Positions 1-12,601 of a stretch of 64,000 nt of DNA are shown one piece after another. The notes beneath the pieces were generated by a model. That model did no database searches, was not told the DNA's origin, and saw only the letters and a program-made list of their open reading frames with translations. This DNA is from Halocafeteria seosinensis (taxonomy: Eukaryota): contig LVLI01000146.1 in the NCBI GenBank assembly GCA_001687465.1, forward strand, positions 62,001 through 126,000, read 5' to 3'. The position numbers were made by a program, and so were the translations under genes. Each line of letters begins with the position of its first letter. Positions within the stretch are counted from its first letter, which is position 1.

Positions 1-1916
1 ACAAGCAGTTTTTGGAAACTCTTCTTCCGGGCGCTGGTAAAGATGACAGCAAGAGCAAGACCAAGTCTTCCGGCAAGTCAAAGAAAACTGAAGAGGAAGG
101 AGCTGAGCCACAGGAACAGTACGGATGGATCACTGAGTTCAAGGAAGGTCACACCGAAACTACCGTGTCATTCACTTTGATGATGACTAAGGAAGGTCTT
201 AAGCAAGTGAAAACAGACTCGGCGCTGCACAAGAATCTCAAACTTGATGGTAGCATGACAACTACCAACATGCATCTCTTTGACTCTAATCAGCAAATCA
301 AGAGATACTCTAGCCCCGAAGAAGTTCTCCAGGACTTCATGGATATCCGGCTGCCCTACTACCAAAAACGCAAGGACTACAAACTGAATCTTCTTCAGGA
401 AGAATGGGAAAAACTCAACAACCGAGTTCGCTTCATCATGGCAGTAGTGAACGGCGAGTTGAAAGTCAACAATGTCAAGAAGTCGGAACTCATGCAGACT
501 CTCAAGAAGGAAGGTTACAAGCAATTCTTTCCCCAGAAGAAGGCCAAGAGCCCTGAAGACGAAGATGAAGCAGAAGAAGATGAGGAAGGTGAAGACGAAA
601 CCACCGCGTCATTGTCCAGGGGATACAATTACCTTCTCTCAATGCCGCTGTGGAGCCTTACGATGGAAAAGGTGACAAACCTTCGACAGGAGCTTGAAGG
701 GAAAGAAGAAGAACTGGAGAAACTGAAAAATATGACACCTGAGGACATTTGGTTGGAAGACCTTGATGCTTTAGAAGCTTCGATAGATGAATTCGAGAAG
801 GACATTGCTGCCGATGCGGAAGACGAAAAGAAGGCACGTTCTGCCTATAACAAATGGCACAAGAAGAAATCAGGTGCTAAGAAATCTTCCGGCGGAGGCA
901 AAGCGGGAGGCAAAGCGGGTGCTAAAGCGCGTAAAGAAGCCTCCCTACAAGCATTGAAGGAGACCAAGAAGGTAGATGGGGTGGATGTTCCCACCGAAGA
1001 AAACAACGATGAAGACTTGGATGCTTCCGATGAGAGCGACGAAGACAGCGACTTCTCCGAAGCCGACTTCAAACCTGCGAAGCAGACGAAGCAACAACCG
1101 GCCAAGAGGTCAACTAATACGAGAGGAGCCTCAAACTCAAAACCATCAGCTGGATCACGTTCTAGCAAACCTCAGGCAAAGATCGCTTCCACCAAGCAGT
1201 CAGCGGCTTCATCAGAATCCAAAAGCTCACAGTCCAAAGGAACGTCGCAATCCTCGTCAGATGCAGATGCTGGCGAAGAAAGAATGCTTTCTCTAGCCGA
1301 AAGGCTACAGATGAGAATGAATGTTTCTCCTCCCGGAAAGCATTCAGCGCCCACAAACCCGTCCACAGTTTCAGACCTGGGCGAAAGTGGAATGACGCCG
1401 TCAGATGCCGAGGATTTTGACGATTTTAATTCCGTAGAAGCAACTCCGTCCGCACCAAAGGGATCAAAGAAGAGTAAGGCCGTAAAGCAACAGACGGCTT
1501 CGAAGAGTTCTGGGAAACGAGAAATTAGCGATGAGCGTGCCGCCGCAAAGAAGTCAGGCACAGCTGCTACTTCTAAGAGCGCAGCAGCTGCCGGAAAATC
1601 TAAGAGCCGCACGAAGAAAAAAGAACAAGACGAGAAATTATTCTCTCCTGTGAAAGCCTCACCTGCTCCAAAACGCGGCAAGACTTCTGCCCAAAAGAAG
1701 AAAGAAGACGCGGTGGAAATCGACCTCGATAGTAGCGGGGAGGAGGAAGCTGTCACTCAGCCAAAGAGGGCACCTCGGCGAACGGCGGCCGCCTCAAAGA
1801 AAAACTTTGCCGAAGTGGACGATGACGATGACGAGAACGAGAACGAGGAAGATGATTCTGAGGAATGGGATAGCCCGGATGAGGAGGACGACGATGAGGA
1901 CTTCGAATTTGAGTAG
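1..1916 (+). CDS. TOP2: DNA topoisomerase II, 3' part (end of core plus charged C-terminal domain); 5'-truncated by the window edge
   Basis: Frame is open from base 3 (KQFLETLL). Eukaryotic Top2 motifs: 'EGHTETTVSF', 'TTNMHLFD', 'RLPYYQKRKDY', 'NRVRFI', 'YNYLLSMPLWSLTMEK', 'WLEDLD'. Lys/Asp/Glu-rich tail ends DFEFE. Confidence 0.97.
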   Translation, partial: KQFLETLLPGAGKDDSKSKTKSSGKSKKTEEEGAEPQEQYGWITEFKEGHTETTVSFTLMMTKEGLKQVKTDSALHKNLKLDGSMTTTNMHLFDSNQQIKRYSSPEEVLQDFMDIRLPYYQKRKDYKLNLLQEEWEKLNNRVRFIMAVVNGELKVNNVKKSELMQTLKKEGYKQFFPQKKAKSPEDEDEAEEDEEGEDETTASLSRGYNYLLSMPLWSLTMEKVTNLRQELEGKEEELEKLKNMTPEDIWLEDLDALEASIDEFEKDIAADAEDEKKARSAYNKWHKKKSGAKKSSGGGKAGGKAGAKARKEASLQALKETKKVDGVDVPTEENNDEDLDASDESDEDSDFSEADFKPAKQTKQQPAKRSTNTRGASNSKPSAGSRSSKPQAKIASTKQSAASSESKSSQSKGTSQSSSDADAGEERMLSLAERLQMRMNVSPPGKHSAPTNPSTVSDLGESGMTPSDAEDFDDFNSVEATPSAPKGSKKSKAVKQQTASKSSGKREISDERAAAKKSGTAATSKSAAAAGKSKSRTKKKEQDEKLFSPVKASPAPKRGKTSAQKKKEDAVEIDLDSSGEEEAVTQPKRAPRRTAAASKKNFAEVDDDDDENENEEDDSEEWDSPDEEDDDEDFEFE

Positions 1917-2141
1917 CCTGTTTTTAGTTCGTAACTAATTCGGATTGTTATGTAAGTATTACGTATATTTCTTATTACAGAATAACACACGATGCTCCCC
2001 ATTCGACCAATGGTTCATTATACACTAGGGGGTATCACGTAGTAGCTGCAGCGTTCAAACCTGCATTGTTCTGATTAGGGACTTCAAGCGTCCCTGTTTC
2101 CAACTGCCATGTGTTACCAGCAAGAAGGAGATGAATACGCA

Positions 2142-3485
2142 CTAATACAATTCTGACATGATATCCGCAGTGGGTGGGATGTTCCTTCTTCGAGCGGATG
2201 TCTTCGGGCCGTATGCTGATACTGGTTCAGCAAAGAGACCACTGCGGCGATGCATAGTCTGTTGTTGCGCTGAATAAGGTGTTTTCAATTCTTGGCCATT
2301 GAGGCCTTCGAAAGTGACCCTGGAAGCTGCTCTCCGTTGAATCGGTGTTACCTCGCTGAGATGATGAGGAGTGCTATAGTGGTGAAATTGTGCGTCTGTA
2401 AACGGTGTATCCTTTTCACCGAGATATGAAGGTTGGTCACGCATTGTAAAGGGAGTATGCGATGCAGCTCCGGTGCCTAGCATATCTGTATCAGAGGAGT
2501 AATTCCCCTTGCTGTTGTCCGTGTTCACAGCCGGCGTCTGCTGTGTCGGTGAACCGTCACCAAAGATAGCATCGAATTCCATTGATGTATCATGCATACC
2601 GCTTTCATGCTCTTTGTACGAGCGATCGTAGCCATTCCGTTCATCACTGTGCTTCAAGATGCCCTTCTTCCAAGGCTTCCCAGTACTTTGGTCCGTCTGC
2701 TTTGTATGATACTCTGGTTGAGTGTGAGAACTGTTCCACGAAGCCTCCCCTTTCCGAGCTTGATTGCCAGCTGTGTGCATCGTTTTGTTCTCTTCTTGCT
2801 GGTGCGCCTCCTCGTTTTCATTGTCTGAGGATTTTCCCGGATCTGGGCGTATCCGACTTATCACAAAGGAGCCACAAGCACTTCCAACTCTTTTCGTGAG
2901 TTGCATCAACTGGACAATTCGCGCAAGATGAGTCTGCAGCCCAAATAGCAGGATCACTGTCGTCGGGATTTGCAAGATGAAGGTAGTCAGTATGGGTGTC
3001 CAAGCATGGAGAATTAGTCTATCCGCCAATAGTGTAAGTATACATATCGCGGCCACTCCAGTCAGGAAGCCATTCCACGTTGTCATCCATCGGACCACTA
3101 CTCCAATTCCAAGGGCGGCCCAAAAGGCCCCTGTGAAAACGCAGACGAACCTCCAAAAGGAACTGGTAAAACTGGCATCATACATTACTCTATAAAACTC
3201 GTTCTTTGCAATCTGTCTGTCCGCGGTTTGGTCGTATTTGGCCAAGATCTCTCGAGGATTAGAGACCTCGATATCCAGATGTTTCAGTCCAGTGAGCTCT
3301 CCCTCACTCAAGCGGCCATTTTTATCGCTGTCTAGCTGATCAAAAATCGTATCATGAAGGTTCTGGCGGCCTGATAAAACTGAGAAAGTGTCCTCCGTAG
3401 AAGCTTCCTGGGCCTTAATGGCCTCCATACAGCTCATTAAGGCCACTATACTGACCACCACAGCATGCCTACTATGCCCTACCAT
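2142..3485 (-). CDS. Signal peptide + EF-hand pair + about 3 TM segments + disordered tail; unknown function
   Basis: 447-aa ORF with hydrophobic N-terminus. EF loops DSDKNGRLSEGE and DQTADRQIAKNE; hydrophobic segments at about aa 110-185; polar tail. Confidence 0.75.
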   Translation of the reverse strand: MVGHSRHAVVVSIVALMSCMEAIKAQEASTEDTFSVLSGRQNLHDTIFDQLDSDKNGRLSEGELTGLKHLDIEVSNPREILAKYDQTADRQIAKNEFYRVMYDASFTSSFWRFVCVFTGAFWAALGIGVVVRWMTTWNGFLTGVAAICILTLLADRLILHAWTPILTTFILQIPTTVILLFGLQTHLARIVQLMQLTKRVGSACGSFVISRIRPDPGKSSDNENEEAHQQEENKTMHTAGNQARKGEASWNSSHTQPEYHTKQTDQSTGKPWKKGILKHSDERNGYDRSYKEHESGMHDTSMEFDAIFGDGSPTQQTPAVNTDNSKGNYSSDTDMLGTGAASHTPFTMRDQPSYLGEKDTPFTDAQFHHYSTPHHLSEVTPIQRRAASRVTFEGLNGQELKTPYSAQQQTMHRRSGLFAEPVSAYGPKTSARRRNIPPTADIMSELY

Positions 3486-3804
3486 GATTATGGAGGGAAT
3501 CTATCATGCAACGGGAGTGAGTGAATACGGATTAATAGACACACAATACCAAGCATCTAGTATCATCTTCACAAGAGCATTAACGCTGGAACCTTCACAG
3601 ACTGTGGAGTTAAGGTAGTAGCCTACCACTACCAGTGGCCCACGTTGATGTTGATATTCCTGGAAGCAAGCGCACCAAAAGTGTTCTATTTTATTACGCT
3701 TTGGTGGTTATGTGTGCGAGCTTCAGGTACTGCCGTCGAGTATCATGATGAGTCAGAGTCGGCTCACGCGAAGATATATGTTTCGAAACTCACAGATAGT
3801 TGTA

Positions 3805-5254
3805 TCAGAGCTCACGCTGATCGCTCTCGTCCGTGTCTATATCTGTAGTTTCAGCCTCCTCTTGCATTGTCGCGCTGATGAATTCGTGCACGATAGCATA
3901 TTTGGCAACTTCACTAGCTACTTCTTGACGCTTCTGCAGCAATTGGATACGATGTACCATACATGTCAATATAGACTTCTGTACTGGAAACGTACACTAC
4001 GGATGGACTTCAAGGCTTCCTCCGGTTTCCAACCGCGGCGTATAAGGTGGCAATATACAACGGTGGCAGATCTGCCCATTCCACACTTGCAATGAACAAA
4101 TACTTTTTCCTCGCTAGTTGCACGTTTTTCAATTAATGTCACAGCCTGAAAAACGAGTTGCATCCGTAGCTTCAGTTCGTTTAGTAGAGCCATCTATACA
4201 ACGAAAACTTACTTTATCGATATACTCGAGACTCGGACAGTCACCATCAGACACAGGAAGATGCAGTTGCTCGATTCCATGCCGCTTATATGCCTTAACT
4301 GGACCCTTATATTCTCGGCAAAGATTAATGACATACTTTACCTTCTCTCCTGGCAAAGTTCATTGATTCCAATCAAATTTGTACGTATTCACAACTCGTT
4401 CCAAACAATGTCCTGAGAGCAGCTTACGTTTTAATCTGGACACATCCTCTGGAAATGGTGCAGCGCCTAGTAATATTTCATCAGTGATTGGAGTGTAAAG
4501 ACTATTAATTCTCCATCCAAACAAATGGTACGTCCACTGCATTCACCAAGGAACGCAACTTCAGTTGATCCAAGACAGCAACTGCAACGTGACTATAAAA
4601 GCTGCAAAATTTCAGCACTTACCACCACGAATAACCCAGGTATGTCGTAAAATATATACGTGAGATCCTTTGATATCCGATTCGCAACTACTGGTTTAAA
4701 TACAAATAAAAACAGGACCAAATACCAGGACCAGACTGCTGGCCTCCAGGAACCCGTCAACGCGTGGGCCAGCGGCGCACATATAAGCGTTCCCCTGTAG
4801 TTATATCGTGCAACCGCGTAAGCAGACTTAACGAACTGAAGTCACCACTCACCGCTACATACCATATTTGGACGCAGGTTAACCAGCTGACGAGCCGGAG
4901 GTATCCTACAATGTGTCGTATTCCAGGTGGTATAAATTTGCAGTAAAGCACGAGTATGAGCACGTATGACGGCAACAACGGAGCGATGAGGAAATTCGGC
5001 ATCGCCCACGCGGCAGCCGTTCCCACGGCTAGGATGACGAACGCTAGTGCTTGTAACATGATCCTCCGACCCGAATGCTTCCTTTTAGCTCCTTTGGGAT
5101 CCGATGGAGGCTTTGATGCACCTTTCTTGGAGGCAATATCTTCATTATCGCGCTTGCTATCTGCATGCTTTATCTCCTCTTTGGAGGCAGCTGAAGTCCC
5201 ATGGTGGCCTCGTTTGTCAGTGGATGTACCAAGCTGGCCAGTGGCTGTCGTCAT
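3805..5254 (-). CDS. Dual-specificity / PTPMT1-like phosphatase with N-terminal TM segments (multi-exon)
   Basis: Exon pieces YTPITDEILLGAAPFP, VINLCREYKGP, GIEQLHLPVSD, VFVHCKCGMGRSATVVYCHL (CX5R loop), WKPEEALKSIRS|KRQEV. GT-AG introns; stop TGA at 3805-3807. Confidence 0.88.
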
Positions 5255-5871
5255 AGCTCAGTCGGATTTATAATACGCATAAATTATGAAACGATTTCTG
5301 ACAACTCAGACCGTGTATAACGCATTGTATTGCATTGAAGAGGACCGCTTCGGGTCGCAATTTGCCCGCATCATCATGACTCATGGAATCAAGGAAGTGA
5401 GTGGAACATGGAGAGGAAACTTTATAGATGGCATTTCTATGCGGCAGCTGTAGTGCTTGTATTGTAAAGTTAGCCATTCATTGGCCGTTAAAACTAATAC
5501 AAACCATATTATGGTACAACAGTATTACCACGAAGTCGACAATTCATGCGGTTTTTGGACTACCTGTCCAGGGATAATTTCGGTGGTCAGTTTGAGGTTT
5601 ATCTGAGAAATGCTATTTTTTCGTCCAATATTGTTCGATTCCGGTGCCTACTGACATAGGGTGCGCCTTATGGAAGTTGTTGGGATTCTTGTCGCGGACA
5701 AGTTGTCGGCCGCATACCGAGCAATCTTTTCGCACACTTATTTGGCGAACTAAATTTTCCAATCAAAACAGCCTCTGTGTTGTATCATGTAGTGTCTATC
5801 AGTAAAGCTTTCCGCTTGTACATGTCCTTCCAACCTGAATGAAGCCGTAGGTACGCCTTAGAGTGAAAAAA

Positions 5872-7752
5872 ATGGAGGAGCAATGCATCTTACGGGCTCC
5901 GAAAGACCTGGCTCGACGCTTTCACAAAGTGTGTCTAGGTCTCGAACCAGTCCATACAGACCATAATGACAATAGTACTCAATCCAATGGAGCTCAAACG
6001 GCCTCCTCGGCATCGGCTAGTGGGCGCCAGCGCGGTGGTAGTCGACAGCAACAACAGCGGCGGAATCAGCAGCCTTTCTTACAGCTGCAACGAATTGACG
6101 AACCCACGGAGGACATACGCCAAGCTGCCACACAAGCATACCAGAATGGGAATATTCCTTCGAGTAGCTCCTCGGCAGCAACTGTCGCCGCGGAGGCGGC
6201 CTCCCAGGGACAAGCGACTGAGGACCAACAAAAGGAAGGGGGCAAAAATGAGGACGGCAAAGATAGAAATAATGTACGGAAGGACATTACGTATAAGGCT
6301 CCTGAATTTGACTATTTTGAAGTAACAATTCAAGGCAACGAAAAGTACAATGCCGTACTTGGTAAGTGAATCAGTTCTCGGCAATTGTGGAGGGAACACT
6401 TGCTGACGATGTTGTCCCTCATACAGTTGACTTGCCTACACTTGTGGAAACGCATAGAACTAACGACCATAAACAGTATTATAAAAGTGGAAATATATCT
6501 AAGGTATGTATACTTTGCTTAAGAGCGAGAAGTAGCGGGGGAATAACAGTGTCTGCTACGTTGGTTTTGAGCGAGCAGATGTTGTACATTTTACAACCGG
6601 GGAACACTAACCCTAGTGAGGAACTGACAATAGTTGACGCTCCAATGCGAGATAATGTGTTGAATAGTGGGCTTACCCCGCCGACGAGACACATCGTGAA
6701 ACGGAGATTCTGGAAAGCACATCGAAAGGCTCAAGGGAAGTTTTCTGCGGATGAAATTAATCACGCGGAAAATATGATCTACGAAATATCGGCAAGGAAG
6801 GGATCAGAAATTGCGAGATGGGACTTAATAGAGCCTCCACAGTTTATGAAATACTGGTATGCCCTCCAACGGAAAACTGCGCTCTTGCTTGGGATGTATT
6901 TGGTTTTGTTTCTTACAGGCCGGAAAAGATGCAGGAGTTTACCATCAGATACAAAAATGGAATAGCCGAGCAAGGTGGGTGCTGCGCCTGCTGGTAAAAT
7001 ACGGTTACCGCTGGTTTGACTATTCTTTTGTCTCATTCCCCTCTGCAGCAACCGAATTTAAACCAACAGAGCCAATTCCCACAGAAGACGAGGAAACCAC
7101 GCCGTCTCGTCGTACCATGGACTGGGCGGAGCCGATCCATCCAGTTTCAGCTGGCGAAGTCTCAGAAGCACCTTCAAGTCAAGTTGAACCTGAGCCTACA
7201 TCTTCTCTACCCCTAGTTTCGAATGCGGATGATGAAGACCGTGACGATGAAGACTTATTTGTTGAAGGTGAAGAGGACGAGAATATGCTAGCGGAGAACA
7301 ACTATGAAGCGCAATTGAGATCCGAGCAAGAAGTTGAGATGTCGGGTAAGTCGTTGTCGTCTATTGAAGAAACCACAGGGGCTACAAATACCACTCAAGA
7401 GACCGCGACTGCGCCTAGTCCTACTTCTGAGGCTTCCACTACCGAGGCTAACGTAACCGAAAGCGAAGTACAATCTAGTAGTGAGGTAACTGCTGTTGCA
7501 ACTACCACGACGGATCAGCTACCTTCCGCTGCGTCAACAGAAAATGTTGCCGAAGTGGAAGAAGATCCAGAGGTAAAGAGCTTAAAGGAACAAGTACACA
7601 GGCTGCAATCTGAAATAGATGAATTAGAACGAAAAAAGAGGGCGGCCAAAAATGTTGCTCTTCGGAAGAAATTCGACAAGAACATTGCGGACAAGAACGA
7701 AGCTCTGGATAAGACCAAAGCTAGTTTGCAAGCAAAACAAGGCCAGTCATAA
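5872..7752 (+). CDS. TAF7: TFIID subunit 7 (TAFII55_N domain) with acidic/coiled-coil tail (multi-exon)
   Basis: MEEQCILR start, 'VDLPTLVETHRTNDHKQYYKSGNISK|ML', 'SGLTPPTRHIVKRRF', and a C-terminal 'NVALRKKF' coiled coil, all typical of TAF7. Confidence 0.9.
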
Positions 7753-8021
7753 TGTGCGCGATGTGAGCGCTCCGAAATACACTCGCCATTATACAGGTTT
7801 ATCTGTGAACCTCTGTGCGTGGTAAAGTTAAGAACCTCGTAGCTCACCCGTGTTTTACGCTGTGCAACCACCGTTACAATCAGTAGCTTTCGTTGAATGA
7901 ATTGGAGGAAAAAGAAGAAAACAAACAATCAGTTGTGCTCCTCCAAAAACTTGGGTGCTATTGGTACCAAGAAAGGCTACAGCGACCACGTTTATTGATA
8001 TCTACACGTCGTCGTCCGGCC

Positions 8022-9953
8022 TTACGAAAGCCACTGCTCGTAGGCATCCAGAACTTTCTGTCTCTCGTTCTTTAACTCTGTCGGATCAGAGTCGGTGGGG
8101 GTGTACAAGTCTACACAATGCGCGCATCCTTCACAATCTACTACTTCTGCCGGAAGTGTAGGACCTTGACTTGAGCGTACACCGGCCCACTGCCACGGGT
8201 CCTCGACCCCGTTAGCGAAGAAAATGTTGGTGCTTCCACCCACGTTCGTTCCACCGTAGTAGTTGTTAGTTTCATTCACCCCCGGTAAGAAAGATATATC
8301 AAATAATTTCTTACACAAGCCTTCAAAATAATTCATCGTAAGCGAAGTAGAGCGAATAGGTTTATCGGAAGGGGCGGTTTGCATCCAAGACAATTCCGAA
8401 CATTTCTGCCACCACCAAGAACGCGAGTTGCCTCCCTTGGTGGGACTCTGTGGGAACATTTGAAGCCGAATTTTGGGAAGTGGCAACTTCAGTACTCATA
8501 CACAAACTCCTTACCTTCCAAGTATTAGAGTCGTAATCTTTCGGCGAATTCCCCATTTTCTCGAAAAAGAAGTCGTTGGTAAAGCTGATGAATGCTGGCA
8601 AGGGATCATTCCCTGCTTTGTAGGGGGGCGTCACGGCGGAACAAACAACTTTGGTATGGCCTGTACGTCATGCATTATCCTACTACCGTCGCAAAAAGAA
8701 ACCGTCGCGCGGACTTTAAGCGTACCATACTGTACCGCTTCCGCGGCTGAATCCGCGACAAGCAGATAGAAGTCATTGTCTTCCAAGAATGAAGCATCGA
8801 ATTTATCTTTGACGCTTGGCATGTTACTTTCAATGTTCTTTGTAACTGTTCTAAGGGCATCAGCGCACTCTTGGCCCGCTGCACGCCGACCAATCACCAG
8901 TAAAGCAAGAATTTAGACATCACACAGTTGGAAGTCAACACTTACCAGACGTAGCCACTTGCTTATCAAATTGGGTAAAATTGTAGATAGCGTTGACGAC
9001 ACCGGAGCTACTATGCGCCCCCAAAGTTAAGTGAGGGAACTTAATCCGGTACCAAGCAGCTAGGGCGCCTGCATCAGATGTTTTCTTTGTTGTGATATCA
9101 AGGAGAGCAAATACGTGACTTCATAGCTTACCGGGATAACTTCCTCCAACGGTGACCCACTTGTTTTTGTGGTCCTCAGACAACCCAAAAGGCTTATTGA
9201 TCTTGTTTTTCTGGAACCACTGTGTAAAGTAAGCAAGATCATTGAGAGCCTGGCGCGAGTTTGAATACTGAAGGTTTTCCTCCGTCAGTTCTTCAAACGG
9301 GAGACTCTTGCCGAAGAACCGATGCTCCACTGTAAACAATTATAGGCGAGGCTTAGCTTTGCTGTCTTTACGAACAAGCACTGCTTATCATACTTACCAG
9401 ACACGACAAGAGCTCCATGCTTGTAGGCCACTTCCACTGCAACAAATAGAGAGAATTTCGATGAATACCCTGGATAGGCCAAACAAAATCCCCTAACCGG
9501 CGAAGCTGGGGTACTTAACTTACAGGGAAAGAGCCGAGCGGGCATAATTCCAGGACAAGTGTACTGCAAGAACCAACAACGACAGTCGTCCTTTCCATCG
9601 CTTCAGGGAGAGAGGCAAAGCATACGTACTTCGCCACAAACGTGGAGTAGAATCGGGCCGTCTGGTTCGGTGAAAAAGTCGTCAATAACGAAATATCGCT
9701 GGGAATACGTTCTCCGATCCGCCATGTTGAAATGGTCCAGTCGCTGCTCCGTGAACCAATACTCCTTTTGGGTGTAATTCGTCCACGGCGGGGATTCCAA
9801 GTGTCTGTCGTGGAAGCGGCGCAGATAATTGCCCCGCTTATCGACATGGTAAGGACCAGGCACGTGGGGTGCATTCCAAGGCGCAGCGCAAGCTGAATGC
9901 GCCAAGAGACATAATCCCGTCGCCAGGATCAATGCCTTATTATTCAGACCCAT
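8022..9953 (-). CDS. Secreted serine carboxypeptidase family S28 (PRCP/TSSP-like), multi-exon
   Basis: Signal peptide; QRLDHFN, QRYF, EHRFFGKS, QALNDLAYF, nucleophile GGSYPG, WWWQKCSELSW, NGVEDPW, AHCVDL. Confidence 0.95.
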
Positions 9954-10835
9954 TCTGTTTGTCTCGTTGTTCCCACTCTATTCCTTCTGGTGCAATCGTT
10001 TGTGTACTTGTAAAGTGGTCACGAAACAACCCTTCATAGCGTTAACAGACTTGTCCGCAAGTGTTCCCAGGATTCCACGTTGAAGTTGGGCGAACCGTAA
10101 CTTTTTTGAACTCTTGACGTCACAATCTTATGGGCAGCAAGCAAGCACTAGGCCTAGAAAGCGAGCAAAAGATAGCAAGAAAAACCTGGTCGCGAAGAAA
10201 CTGAAGATATAGTTTTTAAGGTCCAGATGGTGTATTTGTTTAGGGTCAACAAAAACTTAGGTTAGGTTGTACTTGTACCGTACGAACCCAAAAGTTTCCA
10301 AAACTACTTTGGAGATTTAAACAAGATCTTAAGAAGCCTGCACTTCAACTGTCGACTGTTCATTTTTAGACGCATCCGATAATACAATACCAGCTGACTA
10401 GACACACTCCCAGTTGTTGAGCCGAGGCCAGGAGACATGCCATTTGCTGCTTTGGTACCAACATAGACTTCACCTTCGTATCCTGGAGAGAGATCGAAAG
10501 CTCCGCATGACCATTCTCGTCCTTCGTCCACGTCAAGGAGCCTCCCTGAACCTTGAACATAACCCACCAGCACGTCTTACCAGGCACTATGGATCATGGC
10601 CGCAACTTGAACCACCTTCTGTACACGCAATATATGCACCATACTCACGCAACCGCAAAGACGTGGTTTGCCATACTTCCCTGTGAGACTATCCTCAGGT
10701 AGATCTGCTGTGTCAGCACTCGGCGATGGTGCTATCTAAGATAATTTACGGTACTCCTAGAAGAAATGACTCATCACTTATCACTTCGTCCTGCGAGAAT
10801 CCTAGGTGCTCAGATTTGCATTTGGCATGTATATC

Positions 10836-12271
10836 TCAAGGGCGGCCCCATTCCCTCGGGTACCAGCACCGATAGCCACCTTGTAGGTAGGTCGTTTCCT
10901 CTGCGCCAGCATGATCATTTTGGGGATTATAGAGTTGTGAGATTGCATTCAGTGTTTTCTCAGAGGCGTAGTCTCCATAATTTTCCCAGCGTCCTTCTCT
11001 AAAGTCACACTCGACAGCCCGAACGTTTTTTACTGCAGTATAAAATCTCCGTCGAGCTTGTTTTTGCTGATTTTTGGAGATGTTAGCATACACCAACTGA
11101 GAAAGAGGCCGGCCCTCTACAAATGTACTAGTTATCTGCCTTTCATGAACTTTCTCCTGGGGCAGTACCCTTCCGCGAGAACTGCTTTCCCCCTTTTCGC
11201 TTCCAGCCTCCGGAGAAACTCGGCGCAATATAAGAGCACTGACCGAGAGGTTATCAAGTTGATCCCAAGATATGGTTTGCTTGTTCTCCAATTCTCCCTG
11301 AACGGTTGCAATCGCTAAATTTTTGGAAATGCTACTGGCGATTCTGGCATTTCCTAACAGGTCAGACCACGATTGCATTTCAGGAATATATTGATATGCA
11401 TACGAGCTTATGTGCGAATAAATTTTTATACAGGCCTTTGCATGCTCTTTCTCGACATCTTTCACATAGATAACAAAGTCAGCTCCGTAATTGAAGCCAG
11501 GTCGGACGATCCATCCGTCACTCCTCAGTCTTTCGTAAACCTTATAACGCTGTAGGAAGTTCGGCCCATTATGCAAAATCAAGGTATCCCATAGTTTCTC
11601 GGTTTCTAGAAGAGCATCGTTTTCCCTTGCACACACTTTCAGCTCCTGTTTCACGTTAGCCAAGTAGCACGTTTCTTCCGGCGTCAAGAGTGCAAAAGGA
11701 AGGTCCGAGATCTGCTCCGAAGTTAACGCAGCCATGTCAATTTTTCCAATGGTTGCCGTCTTTGTCGACTCTTCACATGCCTCTTTGATCGTCTTCCGCT
11801 TCTTGGACACCTGGAATGGTGTGTTTTCCACATCTCGAGGATCTCCATGCCGAATCCAGTGCTTCGTAAAGTTGCTAGCGTAGTACAAGAACCGGCGCTC
11901 TTTCAGCTCGTCTGCACGGACAGGAGAGTCTAGTGAACTGAGGCTAGCAACACAGCACACTCTCCCTGGGCATCAAATATCGTCCCAACTCACCATTGGG
12001 GCGGGAAGCGCTATTTGCAGCGCTGGTGCTGCTGCTGTTCGGTGTCGGCGTCGGCGGTACAACGGTGGGTTCAAAGCCTCTGCTGTAGATGTTTTTCCCA
12101 TAGTACCCATTTCGCCAGAGCTGCAATTTGCAAAGCACAAAATTGATGTTGACGTTGAGAATGGTGCATAGAGGAACTCATTGTGTGTGGAAACAGACAT
12201 ACGGCTTTGGCGTCATTGAAGTTGTACACGAGCGCTGTCCCGTAGAAGTCGCTCCATACAGCATGATACAT
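10836..12271 (-). CDS. TSEN2: tRNA-splicing endonuclease catalytic subunit, Sen2-type (multi-exon; start inferred)
   Basis: Upstream exon LWRNGYYGKNIYSR (Sen2 N-terminal motif), 'LTPEETCYL', and catalytic domain 'YKVYERLRSDGWIVRPGFNYGADFVIY...EHA...RIASSISKNL' with the Tyr/His/Lys triad. Confidence 0.88.
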
Positions 12272-12601
12272 CCTGGACGATGTAGAACCATGGGGATGTA
12301 GCTTGAAGTGTACGCGCACACATGCTCACTATACGCACGAACTCATGTACATTTAAAGACGTAGAATGAACGAAATACCTGAGGTTCACAAGCAGCTTCA
12401 CAACCTATTACGTTACAGAAGAAGCAGGAACCCTGCTGAGGATGGCCACTACGAGGATTGGGTCATATGCAAGTAGTAGCGAGGAAATTGCTGCAAGAGT
12501 GCAGAGTTAAGAAACAGTGACACCTTAAAGTGGTGAAGTTGATACGTGTGTGATTTCTTACGACTACCAATTCCTCCATCTTGCGAAATAGAACGCGTTT
12601 A

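Noticed and set aside
10115..10122. CRE palindrome TGACGTCA upstream of the S28 peptidase
   Set aside because: A single 8-mer is expected about once per 65 kb by chance.
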